Source: Blasia pusilla
Lineage: Eukaryota
DNA length: 64,000 nt
Direction: 5' to 3'
Assembly (NCBI GenBank): GCA_050084515.1
Contig: CM114271.1
Span: 30,380,001-30,444,000, forward strand
Each line of letters begins with the position of its first letter. The stretch's first letter is position 1. Shown here in pieces: positions 25,901 through 40,025 of the stretch. The notes beneath the pieces were generated by a model, which worked only from the letters and a program-made list of their open reading frames with translations, was not told where the DNA came from and did no database searches. A program made the position numbers and the translations under genes.

Positions 25901-26645
25901 TCATCTTTCCAAGACTTTCCTTTATCCAAAGTTCAATTGTCTTGAGGGAAACCTCTTTTTTTCCGCGAGTAATGTATATGTTGTCGGCGTGCAGGATATG
26001 CTGTTAGCTGGTACGGATACCTCCGCTAATCAAGTGGCTTGGACTACTTCGGAGCTCCTTCGACGACCCGAATATCTCCGGAAAGTCCAGGCCGAACTCG
26101 ACGCCGTGGTGGGGAACGAAAGATTGGTAGAGGAGTCGGACCTTACTCGACTCAAATACCTGCAAGCGGTGGTCAAAGAATCGTTCCGACTCCATCCCGT
26201 GGCTCCGTTGCTTCTGCCGCATGAATCGATCATGGCCACCATCGTGGCAGGTTACCATATCCCGGCAAAGACCAGAGTTTTGGTGAACGCCTACGCGATT
26301 CAGAGGGATCCTGCAGTGTGGAAGGATCCGCTAACCTTCGATCCAGACAGGTTTCTCAGAAGCTCCATAGATTTGAAAGGCCAGGATTTTGAGCTCTTGG
26401 CGTTCGGATCGGGTCGGCGGGTCTGCCCGGGGATGAACTTGGGCTTGTTAACCATACAATTGACTTGCGCTTTGATCCTCCAGACCTGTGAAGTTTCTCT
26501 CCCCGATGGGATGAATCCAGAGGACGTCGACATGGGCGAGGGTTTCGGGCTAACCATGCCTAGAGCTCAACAACTCCGAATCGTGGCCTCTCCACGCATG
26601 CCGACATCACTCTCCGATGTGCCCAATATCAAGATTTCCCCTTAG
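22977..26645 (+). CDS. Cytochrome P450, CYP71 clan (A-type), ~532 aa; exons 22977-23465, 23686-24144, 25995-26645
   Basis: TM anchor followed by LPPGP-WPIIGHL; WRFFRK; AGTDTS (I-helix); ESFR (ExxR); PDRF; heme motif FGSGRRVCPG. Phase-0 GT-AG introns. The start could alternatively be the ATG at 23033. Confidence 0.95.
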
Positions 26646-26959
26646 TTTTGGGCCATGGCCGATGGTCCAAGACAGATCCTTCAAAACCTTTGCAATAACC
26701 TTCTAAAAGTGATGAACGTATATACAATAATCTACTGGTAGGTAGATCGTAGTTGAAATTCTCTTTGTGCTCAATAGAATTCGTAGCACTAGATACCCAC
26801 TCTATGTGATCTTGGCTTGGTGTAAACCCGATGGGGACTTCACATAATTATTTTTGACACTTATGTAGATGAAAATAAATTCACTTAAGGGCGAGCAAGA
26901 TGTTTCGGTGTTTATTTTTTAGAGAAAAAATATACCTCTCATTTTGTTAATAATATAGA

Positions 26960-27400
26960 CTAGTAAGGTACCCGTGCAACGTACGCCAAATAAAAATTTT
27001 TCTGAAGAGTTGGTGTATAATCCGTGAAGGGAAGAGATTAATGATGTTGCACCTAAATTCAATATGTTTTTTGTTGCACGTAGCATGTGGAACAATTTCT
27101 CGTTGTCCAGTTGTCATGTGTCAAAGATAGAGGTATTTGCGAATCAAATAGGCACTCCCATAATAATATAGATAAGTTGCCCATGGGATGTAAAAGAAAT
27201 AAAAAAGTGTTTGAAAAGTTAGTATATAATCCGTGAAGAGAAGATATTAACAATGTTGCACATAAATTCAAATATTTTTCTTGTTGTCTGTAGCATGTGA
27301 AACATTTTCTTGGTGCCCAATTGCCATGTGTCAAGCATAGAAGTGTTTGCAAATCAAGAAGACACTCTCCAATAATAGTATAGATGATATATGAGATACT
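26960..27400 (-). mobile_element. Probable non-autonomous Helitron fragment (3' end at ~26960)
   Basis: Minus strand ends CGTACGTTGCACGGGTACCTTACTAG, a hairpin plus CTAG typical of plant Helitron 3' ends. Contains a ~200-bp internal tandem duplication (27005-27390). A similar end (CACGGGTCCTAACTAG) lies at ~24941-24956 in P450 intron 2. Confidence 0.45.
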
Positions 27401-27791
27401 AGGAAATTCAAAATGGAGTCTTGGTTTAAATTCTTTTATGCATTGAAAGACTAATCCCCACTCCCCCGACAGCTACTTTGTTGTGGGCTTGCCCATAAAA
27501 TACTCTTTCAATTTTGGAAACACATGTGCCAAGGATTGATGACATAATGTGAGGCTTGTGGACTCTTTGAATAAGATAGACTACTTTTCCCCTCATTTTG
27601 AGAAAAATCCAAACCTTCCCTTTTTCCCTCCCCACTTTTATATCTTCCTGTTTTTCATCTTGCACAGATAGTATTTCTTATCCTCTTGTATGGGCCTATG
27701 GAATTCTCATTTCCAACCTAATAAATTTTCCTACCTTTTAAAAGTATTTAATACATGGAAAAATATGAAATAGTGAAGGAACCCAAAATAA

Positions 27792-27842
27792 AGCGGTTGG
27801 CTCTTAACCGATAGGTCGTAGGCTCGAGTCCTACTTAGGGAG
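27792..27842 (+). pseudogene. trnN: Truncated, degenerate plastid-type tRNA-Asn (trnN-GUU) fragment
   Basis: AGCGGTTGGCTCTTAACCGATAGGTCGTAGGCTCGAGTCCTACTTAGGGAG resembles the 3' two-thirds of plastid trnN. The 5' acceptor and D arm are missing and the anticodon is altered. Confidence 0.65.
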
Positions 27843-28260
27843 ATGTTTGTTTGGACTTTTAAAAGTAGGTATCATTGTTCATTGCTTATGTTGATATAAA
27901 ATTGCAAAAGAAAGGATGCACTTTAAAAAAAGAAAACAATGTTCTGTCTCTTTGGAGTAATGAAAAAACTAAGATAAGCAAATGGCTTATTATTTTTTCT
28001 ATTGGCATTGTCAAAGCTTAATTTGAGTAAAGGTTTCTACTTGAAAATACCTAACAGGATTTTTTTTTTCATTTTTTAATTTTGCCTTGGTCTCCGAATA
28101 ATAACAAATCATTGAAATACATTCTTATTAAAAACTTGTTTTAATAAGATTATTCCTATTTAAATTTATTTTATGCTTAAAAAATTCCATATTATAATAT
28201 CTTTGATATTAATAAATTTTGATAATATATTAACTTTCATCACTATTGCTCAGAAATCAG

Positions 28261-28342
28261 AAATTATTTTTCTTTTCCGCTCACTATTACCAAGTGAGCG
28301 ATAGTGATGAAAGTGATAGTGAGCGGAAAAGAAAAATAATTT
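28261..28342. repeat. Perfect 27-bp inverted repeat with nested sub-repeats
   Basis: AAATTATTTTTCTTTTCCGCTCACTAT (28261-28287) pairs with 28316-28342. Confidence 0.9.
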
Positions 28343-28749
28343 ATGATCGATAGTGATGAATTTTTCTCCCCCTCCTCTTATCAATCCCCAGGTCCCCACT
28401 CAAACACAAATAAAATATTATTTTGCTCATGCCATCCTACTCCTAATGCTTCTAAACCCCCAAGGTTGAACACAAGCAAAGTTCGTATCCATGGATATAT
28501 CTGTCCCTAGGATAAACATGTCCATGCGAGATTGAGTTCTCGTCGCCTGTAACGTAGACCCGGGCTTGGCCACGCCATTCTTGACCAAGCAACCCTCTCG
28601 TGATTCTCACCACCCATTTTCCAGCTCGTGCCTCGCTTGCATTGGTTTGTGTCATGCCTGCACTTGCCCCAATCCCGAGCCCATGGGGGAAATTTGGGTA
28701 CCAAAAAAACCTGGACGGGGGAACTGCTTGGCATATCTATCCCATGACG

Positions 28750-28836
28750 AGAGGTATTACGCTAGCTAAGCTTGTAATGATTGTGGCTCCCCAAAAGCTC
28801 ATTTGACCCCAAGGTAATATGTATCCTATAAAAGCT
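28750..28836 (-). pseudogene. cob: Mitochondrial cytochrome b fragment (NUMT)
   Basis: [28 protein letters not shown]. Confidence 0.9.
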
Positions 28837-28849
28837 GGTAGAGTACCAC

Positions 28850-29841
28850 AATGGTATGGTTTGGAAAGATCTTGTGCATAACTATGCGTCATGTCACCTT
28901 CCCAACATTGACGGTATAATTCATCCGAGCTTAGAAATAGTTTGTGTATGCTTGAGATATGTATTGTGTGGTTTTTCCCTTGGTGCAACCATTGTGCTTG
29001 TGTGTGATGGATATTCGAGAGGGTGGCATATGGCATGTTTAACGTTACCTCTCACTAGGATTCCTCAGGGACGATGGATGTGTCCCACATGTACATAGAG
29101 TAGATACTAGGTAGTTATGCATTCCAACTTGTATTTGTGATATGGATGACAAGAAGACGATTAATGATGGGGCCACATAAGCACCTGACCTTTTGGCTCT
29201 TCGTGTCCTAGAGATGTATGTCATAGTAGGTAGGAATAGATGGTTAATATTTGGAGTTAGAGGGACCTAATCACGAGCTAGGGGGGAAATTGGAGATATT
29301 TTGGTACTCTATTGTCTCGATGACATTGTTTGGATGTCATAAGTTGAGCATGGGATCCTGTGTGTTTATGTATTTATTTGGTAACAATGATGTATATTGA
29401 ATAGCAATGTGTATGCGCACAATCACTGTCACATATTTTAGAATATATCGATAAGTCTATAGTAGAGTGTCTTCAAGGATAGTGGAGGATAGTCTCAAGA
29501 GTTTGAGGATGACCTGTTGAGGCCACAAGTAACGTGAGAGAGCAGGTTTCCCCTTCATTTCGGCTCATTTGGAGTCATGTACAGAAACTTACTATTTAGA
29601 GTAAGTCACCATTTTGAGTGTAGCTGACTTCCCAATTTGGAAAGTGGCCCTTGACCTCCTACAGCAGGTCAAGAGCCAAGGAGGTGACCTACGAGCATAT
29701 CTTACCGGGGAGAGAGTTTGAGAGAGGGAAGGGGACATACCAAAGGAGAGAGAGCTTTGTAACTCATTCTCTCTTTGTTGAACCTCTTGGCATGAGGCGG
29801 TGGTGCTATGGTTCTTCTTGTATGTGGATTTGGTTTGACAT
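28850..29841 (+). mobile_element. 3' remnant E3 of the same Gypsy group: integrase C-terminus, PHD, PPT, B1, start of A2
   Basis: [19 protein letters not shown]...[13 protein letters not shown]...WMCPTCT*; PPT AGGGGGGAAA at ~29280; B ~29290-29425; A from 29427 (TGTCACAT) is homologous to the 5' end of E0. Confidence 0.8.
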
Positions 29842-31085
29842 GAACACTCAAAACTTCATCTATCACCCATGCTTGAACTATAGACCCCTCGTGACTTCAC
29901 TCCACTATGCCAATCAATCTTGAAGGAGTAAGTATGATTTGGCAACGTAACTACAAGCTCTTGATTTTCCTTGTTCATAAACTATTTTGGTCCTCCAACA
30001 ATATCACTTTGCTCAAAATTGAAGGTTCACTTTTGATCTTGGTCAAGAATTTTGGGCTTTTGTGGTGGTAACTCGTACATTTTCAATGTTTTGCTACTGG
30101 AAACGCTAACTCTGATTTTTATATGGAATTTCTATACAAGGAAATGCTATATTTTAGGTTAATATTTCCAGGTGTTTTTACTAGTTAAAATTGTAAGATC
30201 TCCTCGAATATTCGTATGGGTTGGCTCAACAACCCAACAGAACTAAATCCCCAAACTCATAGTTGATTTCTTAAATCAATTTTAAATGATCTTAGTGGTT
30301 AAGCAATCCTATTGGCTAAGAGGGTTGGGTGTCAAGACAAGAGGTGTTAGAAAATGAAAAGGGCACTCAATAATAATATAGAAGATAAATGATTTATAGA
30401 GATGCATGATTGTTATGAATCATTTATTAGGTATTTATTTTCCAAGATACTTGTGCCCATATGGTTTTCATGAAAATATTCACTAATCAAATATTCAAGT
30501 GAATTTGTAATAAAACTTTTTCCATCACTTATAGGAATCACTAATGGAGTGTAATGCCATAAATTAATGGATGTGTGTTAACTTATTATCTGTCTAATTT
30601 GGTAAATATATGTATTATCATTGTAGAATGGGTTTTCAATTTTTCAAACATTCCTCTCATACATGCCCTTCTCATGTGAAGAAGATGTTGGTGTATGGTG
30701 TAGAAAGGAAAACTAGGTTTAAAAAATTAGAGTAAAGTAAAGTAACCAAAAAAAGTTGAATTTTTGAAGATAGAGAAAAATATTAGGTTCCAAATAAGGA
30801 GGGATCCTAGGGTACTAGAATTTAGGGCTTAGGGTTTTACAAGGTTGTACAAAAATGGACTTGTCCATACGTCAAAAAATCCAACCCTGTGAAACACGCC
30901 CAGGGCCTTAATAAAGGATTAATTCAACAACTACTAAGCTGTTACGCGGCCTTCTTCTTCATTTGGACTTAACCAATATGCCCCGAATGAGGATTTGAAA
31001 TTACAGCAGAATACCCCAAATACTATTGGAAATATCGCTTATGCGGGCTACAAGGCCCGTAAAATCTGAATAAGTTATCATGGAC

Positions 31086-31130
31086 GAGCCACACGTAGGG
31101 AAACTTGCACGTGTGGTTCTGACCGGGGGG
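31086..31130 (+). other. Group II intron domain V fragment, plant-mitochondrial type (NUMT)
   Basis: GAGCCACACGTAGGGAAACTTGCACGTGTGGTTCTGACCGGGGGG. Confidence 0.7.
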
Positions 31131-31796
31131 AAGAACCCTATTGGTATTTATTACCAAGAATGTGTGCTGCCCTTCTTTTGTTTTCCTTTATCTTCCGTGT
31201 ACGTTCTTGTTCAATTGGGAGTAGAGCACGAAGATCCTTGTCCACAAGGTCTTGACACTCAAATCCATCACCAATTTTAGATAACTCAATAATTGAAGTG
31301 TTGGTGGACTTATTAAGCTCCCTACAATTGTCATTACCTTCACCTTCTGCCTCCATTGTGATATGTAGAGGTGATGTTTCTCTCTCACAAGTCAGAGCCT
31401 CTCTTTCAAAACACTTTGATGTTCCTTTCCCCTCTGTACTCAAATCATAAGCCACCACATTTTTGCTGAGATATGCCCTCTCCCTAGATGCACTCAGATC
31501 TTTTACATATGTCCTTGATCTGCAAAGACTTGAACTATTACTTTGATCTATGGCCTTAGGGTCCAATCAAAGTCCCCCCTTACCACATATTGTACTACTG
31601 ATTGAGGCATATGGACCCCCATCCATCTTGAAAGGTTCTGTTGAAAAATGTTGTCAAGGACTTGAATCAAGAGAGCTTATATACACATACAAAAAATGCA
31701 AACATCTCACACAAAGGTTAAACCATAACCACGACTTTTGACTCACTCCTCAAAGTAAACCATATCAATATCAGAACTTTGTAATAGGTTTGAAAT

Positions 31797-34700
31797 TTAA
31801 ATCTCATCATCCTCTTCAGAGCTCTCTTCTTCAATGAACACTTCTCTAGACACAACAATGGTAGGGACATCATTACAATCTATATTTTCTGTCACCACCT
31901 CTTCGGCGGTGAGCTCTATCGCTCCAAGGGAGTTTGCTAGTAGCACCCTTCCTGATAGAGTTTCAATCTGATCAAGGCCGACACAATGTCCTTCATCAAG
32001 GTTTCCACCGTTATATATATCATAAATAACTCGACGAGATCTAGCCTCTTTTCTAAGAACAACCTTCCATCCACTTCCTTCGTTAGCATCTCCAAAGAAT
32101 ACTTGTTCAACTTGAGATGGGAACACAAAGGGTTGGTGGTTGATAGGTTCACAAGATCTAAGGTTTACAAGTAGGAATCCTTCACTGTATCTCTTCATGG
32201 ATGGCATGTGTGAATTCCAATTTGCCCTCACCCACCTCCCTTGCATTAAAATTACAGGTTGATGAACAATCCCATAATCAAGTGCAATTATATCGACCCA
32301 AACTCCCACGTATGAATAAGCAGAGTTCAGATCATCATTTTCCTCATCCAAAAGTACAACTCTGATTCCACTATCATAGGTGGATTACGCATTATATCCA
32401 CCCTCTCCCTCTACCCTATAGTGATTTCCATAAGCCTTCATAGACTTGTATGATAGAACTTTTGGTAGCGGAGGAACTAACAAGGCCAATAGCTCTTCAT
32501 CCACCTTCCCATCTTTTTCCCTAGCATCTTGAAGGATAGCTGGTTGAATCCACTCTAAAAAAGAAATTGATGCATTCTCAGCCTCATGTTTCTTGGTAGA
32601 AAAAAACATAATGACTAAGGAATAAGGTGATTTGGATCACAAAACAAACATGTAAGGTTTGCTAGATTAGGTTCACCATTTACATAATGAGAATTCAATG
32701 ACACTAGTTGGAAATTACGTGCGCCACAAAACCATGGACTCCATATTATGTAAGACATAGTGGTGTGCTAACATACTCATTTCTCTTGAAAATTAGCAAT
32801 GACGTCCTGCACCTTCCAACTCCTCTCCTACGATCCCTTCTTCTTCGCCATCATCCCATATTCGGGTCCTCACATCCTCAAATCTTCTCATATACTCAAT
32901 CACAAATCCCAAAGCCTCATCTTTGATATAACCCTCTGCCATGCAGCCCTCTGGGCGAGCTTTAGATCTGATGTATTTTTTCAGAGTACCCATTTATCTT
33001 TCCATTGGGTACATCCATCCGCAAGCTATGGGCCCACAAATATCCAATTCTTGGATCACGTGGATAAGAAGATGTGTCATCACATCAAAAAAGGATGGTG
33101 GAAAATGCATCTCCAACAGGCATAGGATTATCGCTACGTCTTTATGTAGTTCTTCGTAAGATGCAAGATCATACACTTTACAACACAACAACCTAAAAGT
33201 CTTGCGTAGAAGCATAACAGTTCTATGGATTGGATCCTTCATCAGCCCACGAAGGGCAAACGGAAGGATTTGGTGAATCAGCACATGATAGTCATGTGAC
33301 TTCATGCTACCTAATTTCTTTTTAACCACGTGCTTCTTCAATTCGGCACTATAACCTATGGGCACTTTCAAGGACTCAATCCTACCCAGAAAATGGGACA
33401 TTTTAGGAGGCAATAAAACGTAATCACACTAAGGTTTCAGTCGTGTTTCTTTACTTGGATGGGGTCGTAACCACAAGTGAGGTCGAATTCCACGAGCCTC
33501 CATATCTCTTCTAACCTTCACCATGATGTTGGATACTTTCCAATATGGCAAATCAAACAAAATACTTCGCCGCTTCATCCCCGTCCGCTTCATGGATCAA
33601 TAGAGCATCCTCTCGACCACCTTCATCATCATATGTTTTTTTCTCCTCCGCCCATCTAAGAATTTGATCAGCTGTAATTTGAGGAGGCGCTAGTCTAGTT
33701 TCTCCTTCACCATTGAATTGGGAGTCATAAGCTCATCCTCTCCAAACATGGTCTATTGGAAAATGTCTTCGATGGCAACCAAATATGGGCTTCCCACATT
33801 GTTTGGAGAAATCTGAATCCACATAAGATCCACATCCTATACACGCGAGTTTCCCACCATGGCTTTGTCTTGAGATTGTGCCATATGATGGGTAATCATT
33901 TATAGTCCACAATATCATGGCTCTCAATTTGAACCCCGAAAACCCATGTGGTCTACAAACATCCTGGAATTCAATTCCATTCCACAACTCCCTAAACTCT
34001 TCTACCAATGGGGCCAAGAAGGTGTTGATATTTTCTCCATTCACACTCTCCTTGCCAAGTATTATAAGAGACAACATGACAAAAAACTTCTTGGTTTGAA
34101 GCCAAGGTGGAAAATTTTAATTAACCAATAGTATTGGCCATATTGACCATGAGCTAGCCTTATCAGAGTATGGATTGACACCTTCAAATGCCAAACCAAA
34201 CCGACAATTCCTACTTGCTACAGCAAAGTCTGGGTACAAAAAATCAATATGATTCCAAGCCTTGCTTTCTCCTGCATGCCTCACCAAGCCATCCTTACTC
34301 TTGTTTTTAGAAGACCAGCTCAATAACTCTAACAAAGCCCTATACCTATACATTCGCCGCATCTTAGGGATTATAGGGAAGTGTCTCAATACCTTGTTTG
34401 GTACTAAAGACTTCCCGACTTGCTTGAACCTAGCATTCCCATACTTTGGGCAATTTTCTGCACCTTCCAATTCCCCTCGAAATAGAACACACCCTTTAGG
34501 GCAGGCATGCATTGAGTTGTAGCTCTAACCAAGTTTACAAATGAGTTTATTTGCTGCATAGTATGATGGTGGTACATGATTGTCAGATGGGAGTACCATC
34601 TTACGTAGGAGTTTCAATATCTCATTGATGACAATATTGGGGACCCCATGGGTAGCACCAACATTGAAAGGAGCATAACAAATGCACTCTTTGCTCCTGG

Positions 34701-35081
34701 GAAGAGTGGATTGCATGCTGCAGCAAGTTCATGAAAATCTGATGGGATATTGGGATCATTGGTTTCATTGAGGTTAACATTCTCAGTCCCACTTTCATCA
34801 AAAACCATTTCATCGTCATGGAGGTGATCATATTCTCTAAACATGTCATTCAGCATCAGAGGAACATGGACATCAACATCCAAATTAGGAATTTGTTGAT
34901 GTGAAAATCTAAGTGTAAGAGTTGATTGCATAATAAGCTCACGTTGCTCCTTCTCATTGCTCTCTTGTTTTATAAGCCACTCCTCATCTGAAGAGTCCCA
35001 CTCTTCCCTACTTTTTGGGACCCGACAAAGATGAGATCTTCCATTTTTTCTCAGATGGTCATCTACCTTCCCTAGTCCCAA
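31797..35081 (-). pseudogene. CACTA/En-Spm TNP2-like transposase, frameshifted
   Basis: HACPKGCVLFR; VLRHFPIIP; SWSIWPILLVN; LWTINDYP; MKSHDYHVL; FFDVMTHLLIH; WMYPMER; PEGCMAEGY; PFVFPSQVEQVFF. Termini not found. Confidence 0.92.
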
Positions 35082-37959
35082 GGTAGTTCAACCCTTGGGA
35101 CTAGGGAGCAACCCTTTCTGGTATCATCACCCCTACGTCAAGTTAATGAGAAAAGAAGTAAATAAATGAGGGTCATTATTATAGGATATTAATCCTAATA
35201 TACAGAGCATATAAATAGATATGTTTTAATGATCGTGTACATCAGATGGACCATAACATAATTCTTCCAATATAAATGAAGGGAGAACTGGTAATTGTGC
35301 ACATACCTTGAGTATTTGAAGTATAGCCTTATGGGAAATGTAAACCTCTCGTGGAGATCACTCTTTGATCATAAAGTCTCTTCCGGTTACGATCTAATAT
35401 TGTAGGGAGATATACACCTTCACAACAACATATCACCAATGTTTTAAGAGTGTGCATACAATCTGCTATTTTGTGTGCGAATCAGAAAAGATAAATGCAT
35501 TAGACCAATTGGGATACTAGAAGATGGTATGCAACATGTATTACTCTGACAAGCTGCACGCAAGAATTAGATAATGTTACTCTTGTTTCGATCTCCTGTC
35601 AATACATGGTGGCCTTATTTATTTCATCTGCCCTATCTTCTGGTTTTCTATTAAAAGGGGCAGGGCAATTTCGGTTCATGTTGTTCATTCATTATTTCTA
35701 TAATAGCTTGTTGCTTAACTCTTGTGCATTTCAATCTGATCATATTATTACCAAATGAGCTCCCATTGCCAAAGAGACCAGGTGTGAAATTTTTCATTCT
35801 AAATTAGATCCCCATACACAATGCATTCCTGATTTGTGTGCTTGCTATGATATTATACTCTTTGATGGATTTTTTGTGAGTTTGCAATCTCTGTTTATGC
35901 CATTGAACGAAACACCCTAAACTAGAACATTCAACTCATTAGCATCCATTCATACTCGCATTGCTAACATCTGAGTTACAAAATGTGAAGAATTTCTTTT
36001 CATCAAACACTTTCTTGCTGTTGATCACTATTCCCCAATTCACTTGAAGCTGCATTGTTCTAATTGTTGTTTTAAGCTCAATTGCCTCAACTAGCTTACT
36101 CTCTCTTCATCTCAAATTTTCTACCTCGTTGTACCAAACTATGTCAATATCACACAAAAAAATTGTAGAGTTTAAGAATTCCAACCCTACCAAGCCGTTG
36201 CCCTAGAACGCCACAAAATAGGTCCACAGCAAAAATGAACACAACATGGGCAAAGACAACCACTCAGGTTCTCCCTACGGTATCCTGTCGCGTCGCATAT
36301 TCTCTCACCAGGTACTCTCCCCATCCTCATTGAAGAGTACTCAAATCTGACTATACATGGTTTCCCAGAATAAGCAATGGTTGCATGGATGAGAGCCAAT
36401 GCCTTCCTCAAAAGGGGTGAGGAATCCTCACCAACGACGATGCCATCACAGTCTTGGCAAATATGAAGGGTCATGACCTCTGCAACACCCATCAGCAGCC
36501 AAAGAATATCGATCCTCCAGCAAGACACAAAGTCAGAGAACATCACGTATACATGGCGTGCTTTTGAATGAAAGCGCCAATTCTCAATTCGCTCATGCGA
36601 GTGTAGAGAACAAATCATCACTTGAACTTCAGTAGGTAGATTTTGGATATGCTGAACCAACGAAGGTTGTCTTTGATGTAGTTGCAGGTTATTAAGAAGC
36701 TTAATAGGTAGATCAAGTGGTGTTGAATGATCTGGATTCATCCTTGAGGGGTAAAGAAATGGTCCTCAGAAAAAAATACCTTCGCTCATCCTTTGGAAAA
36801 ATCCCCTTCCGAGTCCTATGTCCACTTTACGCTACTCTTTCTTGCCTCCTTCCAATATACCCTTGTAAGTTTGTACTCCAAGTAAGTGAGGTCGAATACC
36901 CAACTCTGCAACAACCAAAATGACTTGTTAATGCATTCAAACATTAACAAGAAAAAACATCTCCTTGTACAAACTAGCTAACTACCATTAGCTAATCCAT
37001 CCATGATTTTAAAATGTAAAGGATTAATAGTCTCCTCATATAAACCACAATATCTATCTATGAATCTTGGTATTCATGCTACCTACTACTACATTAACTA
37101 CACTACAAATTAGATCTAAACGTCTTCTTGGAAGTTAGTGTAAGCTACTTGAAAGGACTTCTGGAAAGATTGCCATCTACATCACAATGTATTTGGTAAG
37201 AAACATGATATTAAGGAAAAATCCAGTCCATCAAGCTAGAACAAAATACAAGAGGCAATCTCGTCATTGTTTTCAACCAGAATGTGACAGACCAAACCAA
37301 CACCGAAGATATAGCTCAAATGGAAAATCTACTCTAGAACCTACTCTGAATCAAAACCACCTCTATTTGCTAACACTGTAGGAAGATAATTGCAACTTTC
37401 AATTCCAACACGAATCCACTCACCACCTCACAAGTGCAATATCTGCTCACACTCCATGCCCAGCATGTGAACACTCACCCATCCCTTTCGAAGCCACAAG
37501 TTCTTAAATCATCACTCTTTGGGACAAATCTCACTTCTCCCACTCTCCTATCACTACCACGCGATCACTCGGTTCCTCCCTCCCTTCCATTGTAAGGCGA
37601 TGCCAATTTTCACTCTCAAGGTTGACGGGATGGTCCCTTAGGTTTCGCTAGTCTCTTCCCGAGGATGAGAAACGGACAACAAAATCAAATGGATCTCATG
37701 AGATGCGCGTTAAAGAAAAAATTCCTCCTGGCCATTATCCACTACTCTCTCCACTTCCTTCTCTCCATCCCCATGTCTAACAGTTAATGAATCAATCAAT
37801 GAATTGGTACACCTATATCTTGTAGAGAATGAATTGCTTACTCACTCACGTTCTATTATGCATTGTGCTACTTCTGTGATGTTTGCTTTTGGCTCTACAA
37901 ATCCTTGCAATATTAATGAAATTTCCAGATCATGCAAGGTAGAGAACTACTTACTCTGG

Positions 37960-39070
37960 GGGAACACTAGATAGCAAAATATCTCGCATTCTTAAAATAG
38001 TGCGCTCTACGATCACATCCAATGTCGTAGGTGATGTTTGTTGCAAGTAGACAGAGTCTCCCTAATGAAACCTCCGGATAGTCAATCAATAATTACCTTC
38101 CCAAATAGTCGCATATCTCAACGTATCGCGTATTTACGCAATCTCCAAGTTCTCAAATGTCGTGGGCATCACTCTCTAAAACAACTCAACCCTCTGAGAA
38201 CATGCTCGCATCCATACATAAGGGTCATCGAGGTTCAACACCTCACCAACATCTTGATAAATGGCTAGAGGTAAATCTGGCTCTCGGCCATAAATCAACA
38301 AGTACAATGAGAAATACCTTAAGGATGTATGCTTGCTGAATCTGAATCCCATCGCTAGCCATGACAACTAGAGATTCCAATCTCCTAGGTGACCTCTCTA
38401 CAAGCCATACTTGCATAAACCCATCTTCACCGTTTGCTCATCCCTCTCCACTAGTCCATCCGCCTCAGGATGATCTTGTGAAGTGGTGCGGTGGTCAATC
38501 AGTGTCTGATCATACAAGGCCTAAAACTCCCTACAAAACTATGTACCCTGTTTTTTCAACACCTCAGCTCGTGCGCCATAATGACTCAACACTCAATCTA
38601 GAAAGGCATACGCTACTTCCTCACTCGGGTTGTCAGGCAATGCAACCAACTCTATCGACTTTGAAAAGTGCTCAACCATCATCAATACATGATGACTATG
38701 CCCCTCCATTAAAGGTAAAGGTCTTGGAAAATTCAAACTCCATCTATAACCTAAACCCATGATTGGAAGTGGATGCAATTTTGGAGTGAGCGCATTGAAA
38801 GATGCCTAGACCCAATCACATACCATGCACCTAGCAAAGTGTTGAACATCAATCTAGATGCCTCGCCACTAATATTGTATCTGGAGCAAGTTGTATGTCC
38901 ACTTCATTCCAAAATGACCCAACTCCTCGTGGACATGCTGCACCGAACATGCTTTCTACGAAGGATAAGGCACTACATGTACTCTACCATCCTCACAAAC
39001 TCATAATACACGTGTTTCTTCCCACCGAACCATTTTGCTCATTGGAGGATGTGATCTCGCCCTCTAGTAT
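37960..39070 (-). pseudogene. Decayed integrase of the same Gypsy group
   Basis: HPLPIMGLGYRWSLNF...MVEHFSKSIELVALPD; WMRACSQRVELF; PTTLDVIVERTILR. Confidence 0.8.
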
Positions 39071-40025
39071 TCACTTTGCTCATGATACTGCCCAACATAC
39101 TCCATTATGTTCGCATACATGTATGTATATATATATAAATAAAACTAACAACTCATTTCTAATTCTTGTGCATTGGTAGTTGGATTTTTTATTCTTCAAT
39201 TATGAACATATGAGGTTTTGAGTAGAATGGTTGACTAATTTTAGAACTTTTTATTTCATTATGACCGAAAAAACTGTCCCTTTTGGTTCTCTTCATATAA
39301 CCTACCCACATTTACTCCATTCACCCTAGTGTGCTAAACAACTCTTGATTTGTGTCATTAATGCTTTCCCCTTAGTGGCTCAAAGTGCAAGGAGAAGAGG
39401 AATTTAAAAAATTGGATACTCTCCAATAATAATATAAGTTCTTTTAATAAATCTTCTTCGGGCTTCATAAATCCCAAGAGTAGTTATTAAGAAACACTGC
39501 ATCCGAAGAGTCTCTTCCTCTCCATTTCAGGGGGTTGCTTGAAAGCTTTAGCCTTCCAATCTCTTCAACTCCAAATTGGAGTTATCCACTACTGCTACTC
39601 AAATCCCCAAGACTACTTCGAAAGACAGCTCGCCCATGAAACCTTGCGGCTTCACTTATCAAGTCCCCTCTGTAGTCCTCTCTTCAATTCCAAGTTGGAG
39701 TTGCCTGAAACCTTGCGGCTTCCCCTATCATGTGCCCGCAATACTTCTCTCTTCAATTCCAAGTTGGAGTTACTTCAAATGTCGGCAGTGAGGATCGGAT
39801 ATGTGTGAAGAGCGTACAAATCATTATGATTTCACTACCATATCTCCTCTACTCCTGACCAGACATGTATCTCAATCACAAGTTGATGATCTGTTGGTCT
39901 CGAGCTCCGAATTGCTGTCCTCCATCGCCTCAAACGACTACCTTAGCATCATTGGCAGTTGTAGCGTGCGCCCGTACAAAACACTAGAAAGTTTATTTAC
40001 AACAGTATCCTAACCCATTCCAGAT

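Noticed and set aside
37150-37250. Copia RNase H-like peptide KNPVHQARTKY
   Set aside because: Too short and degenerate to annotate.
39640-39775. ~70-bp tandem duplication
   Set aside because: Two copies only, with no functional signal.
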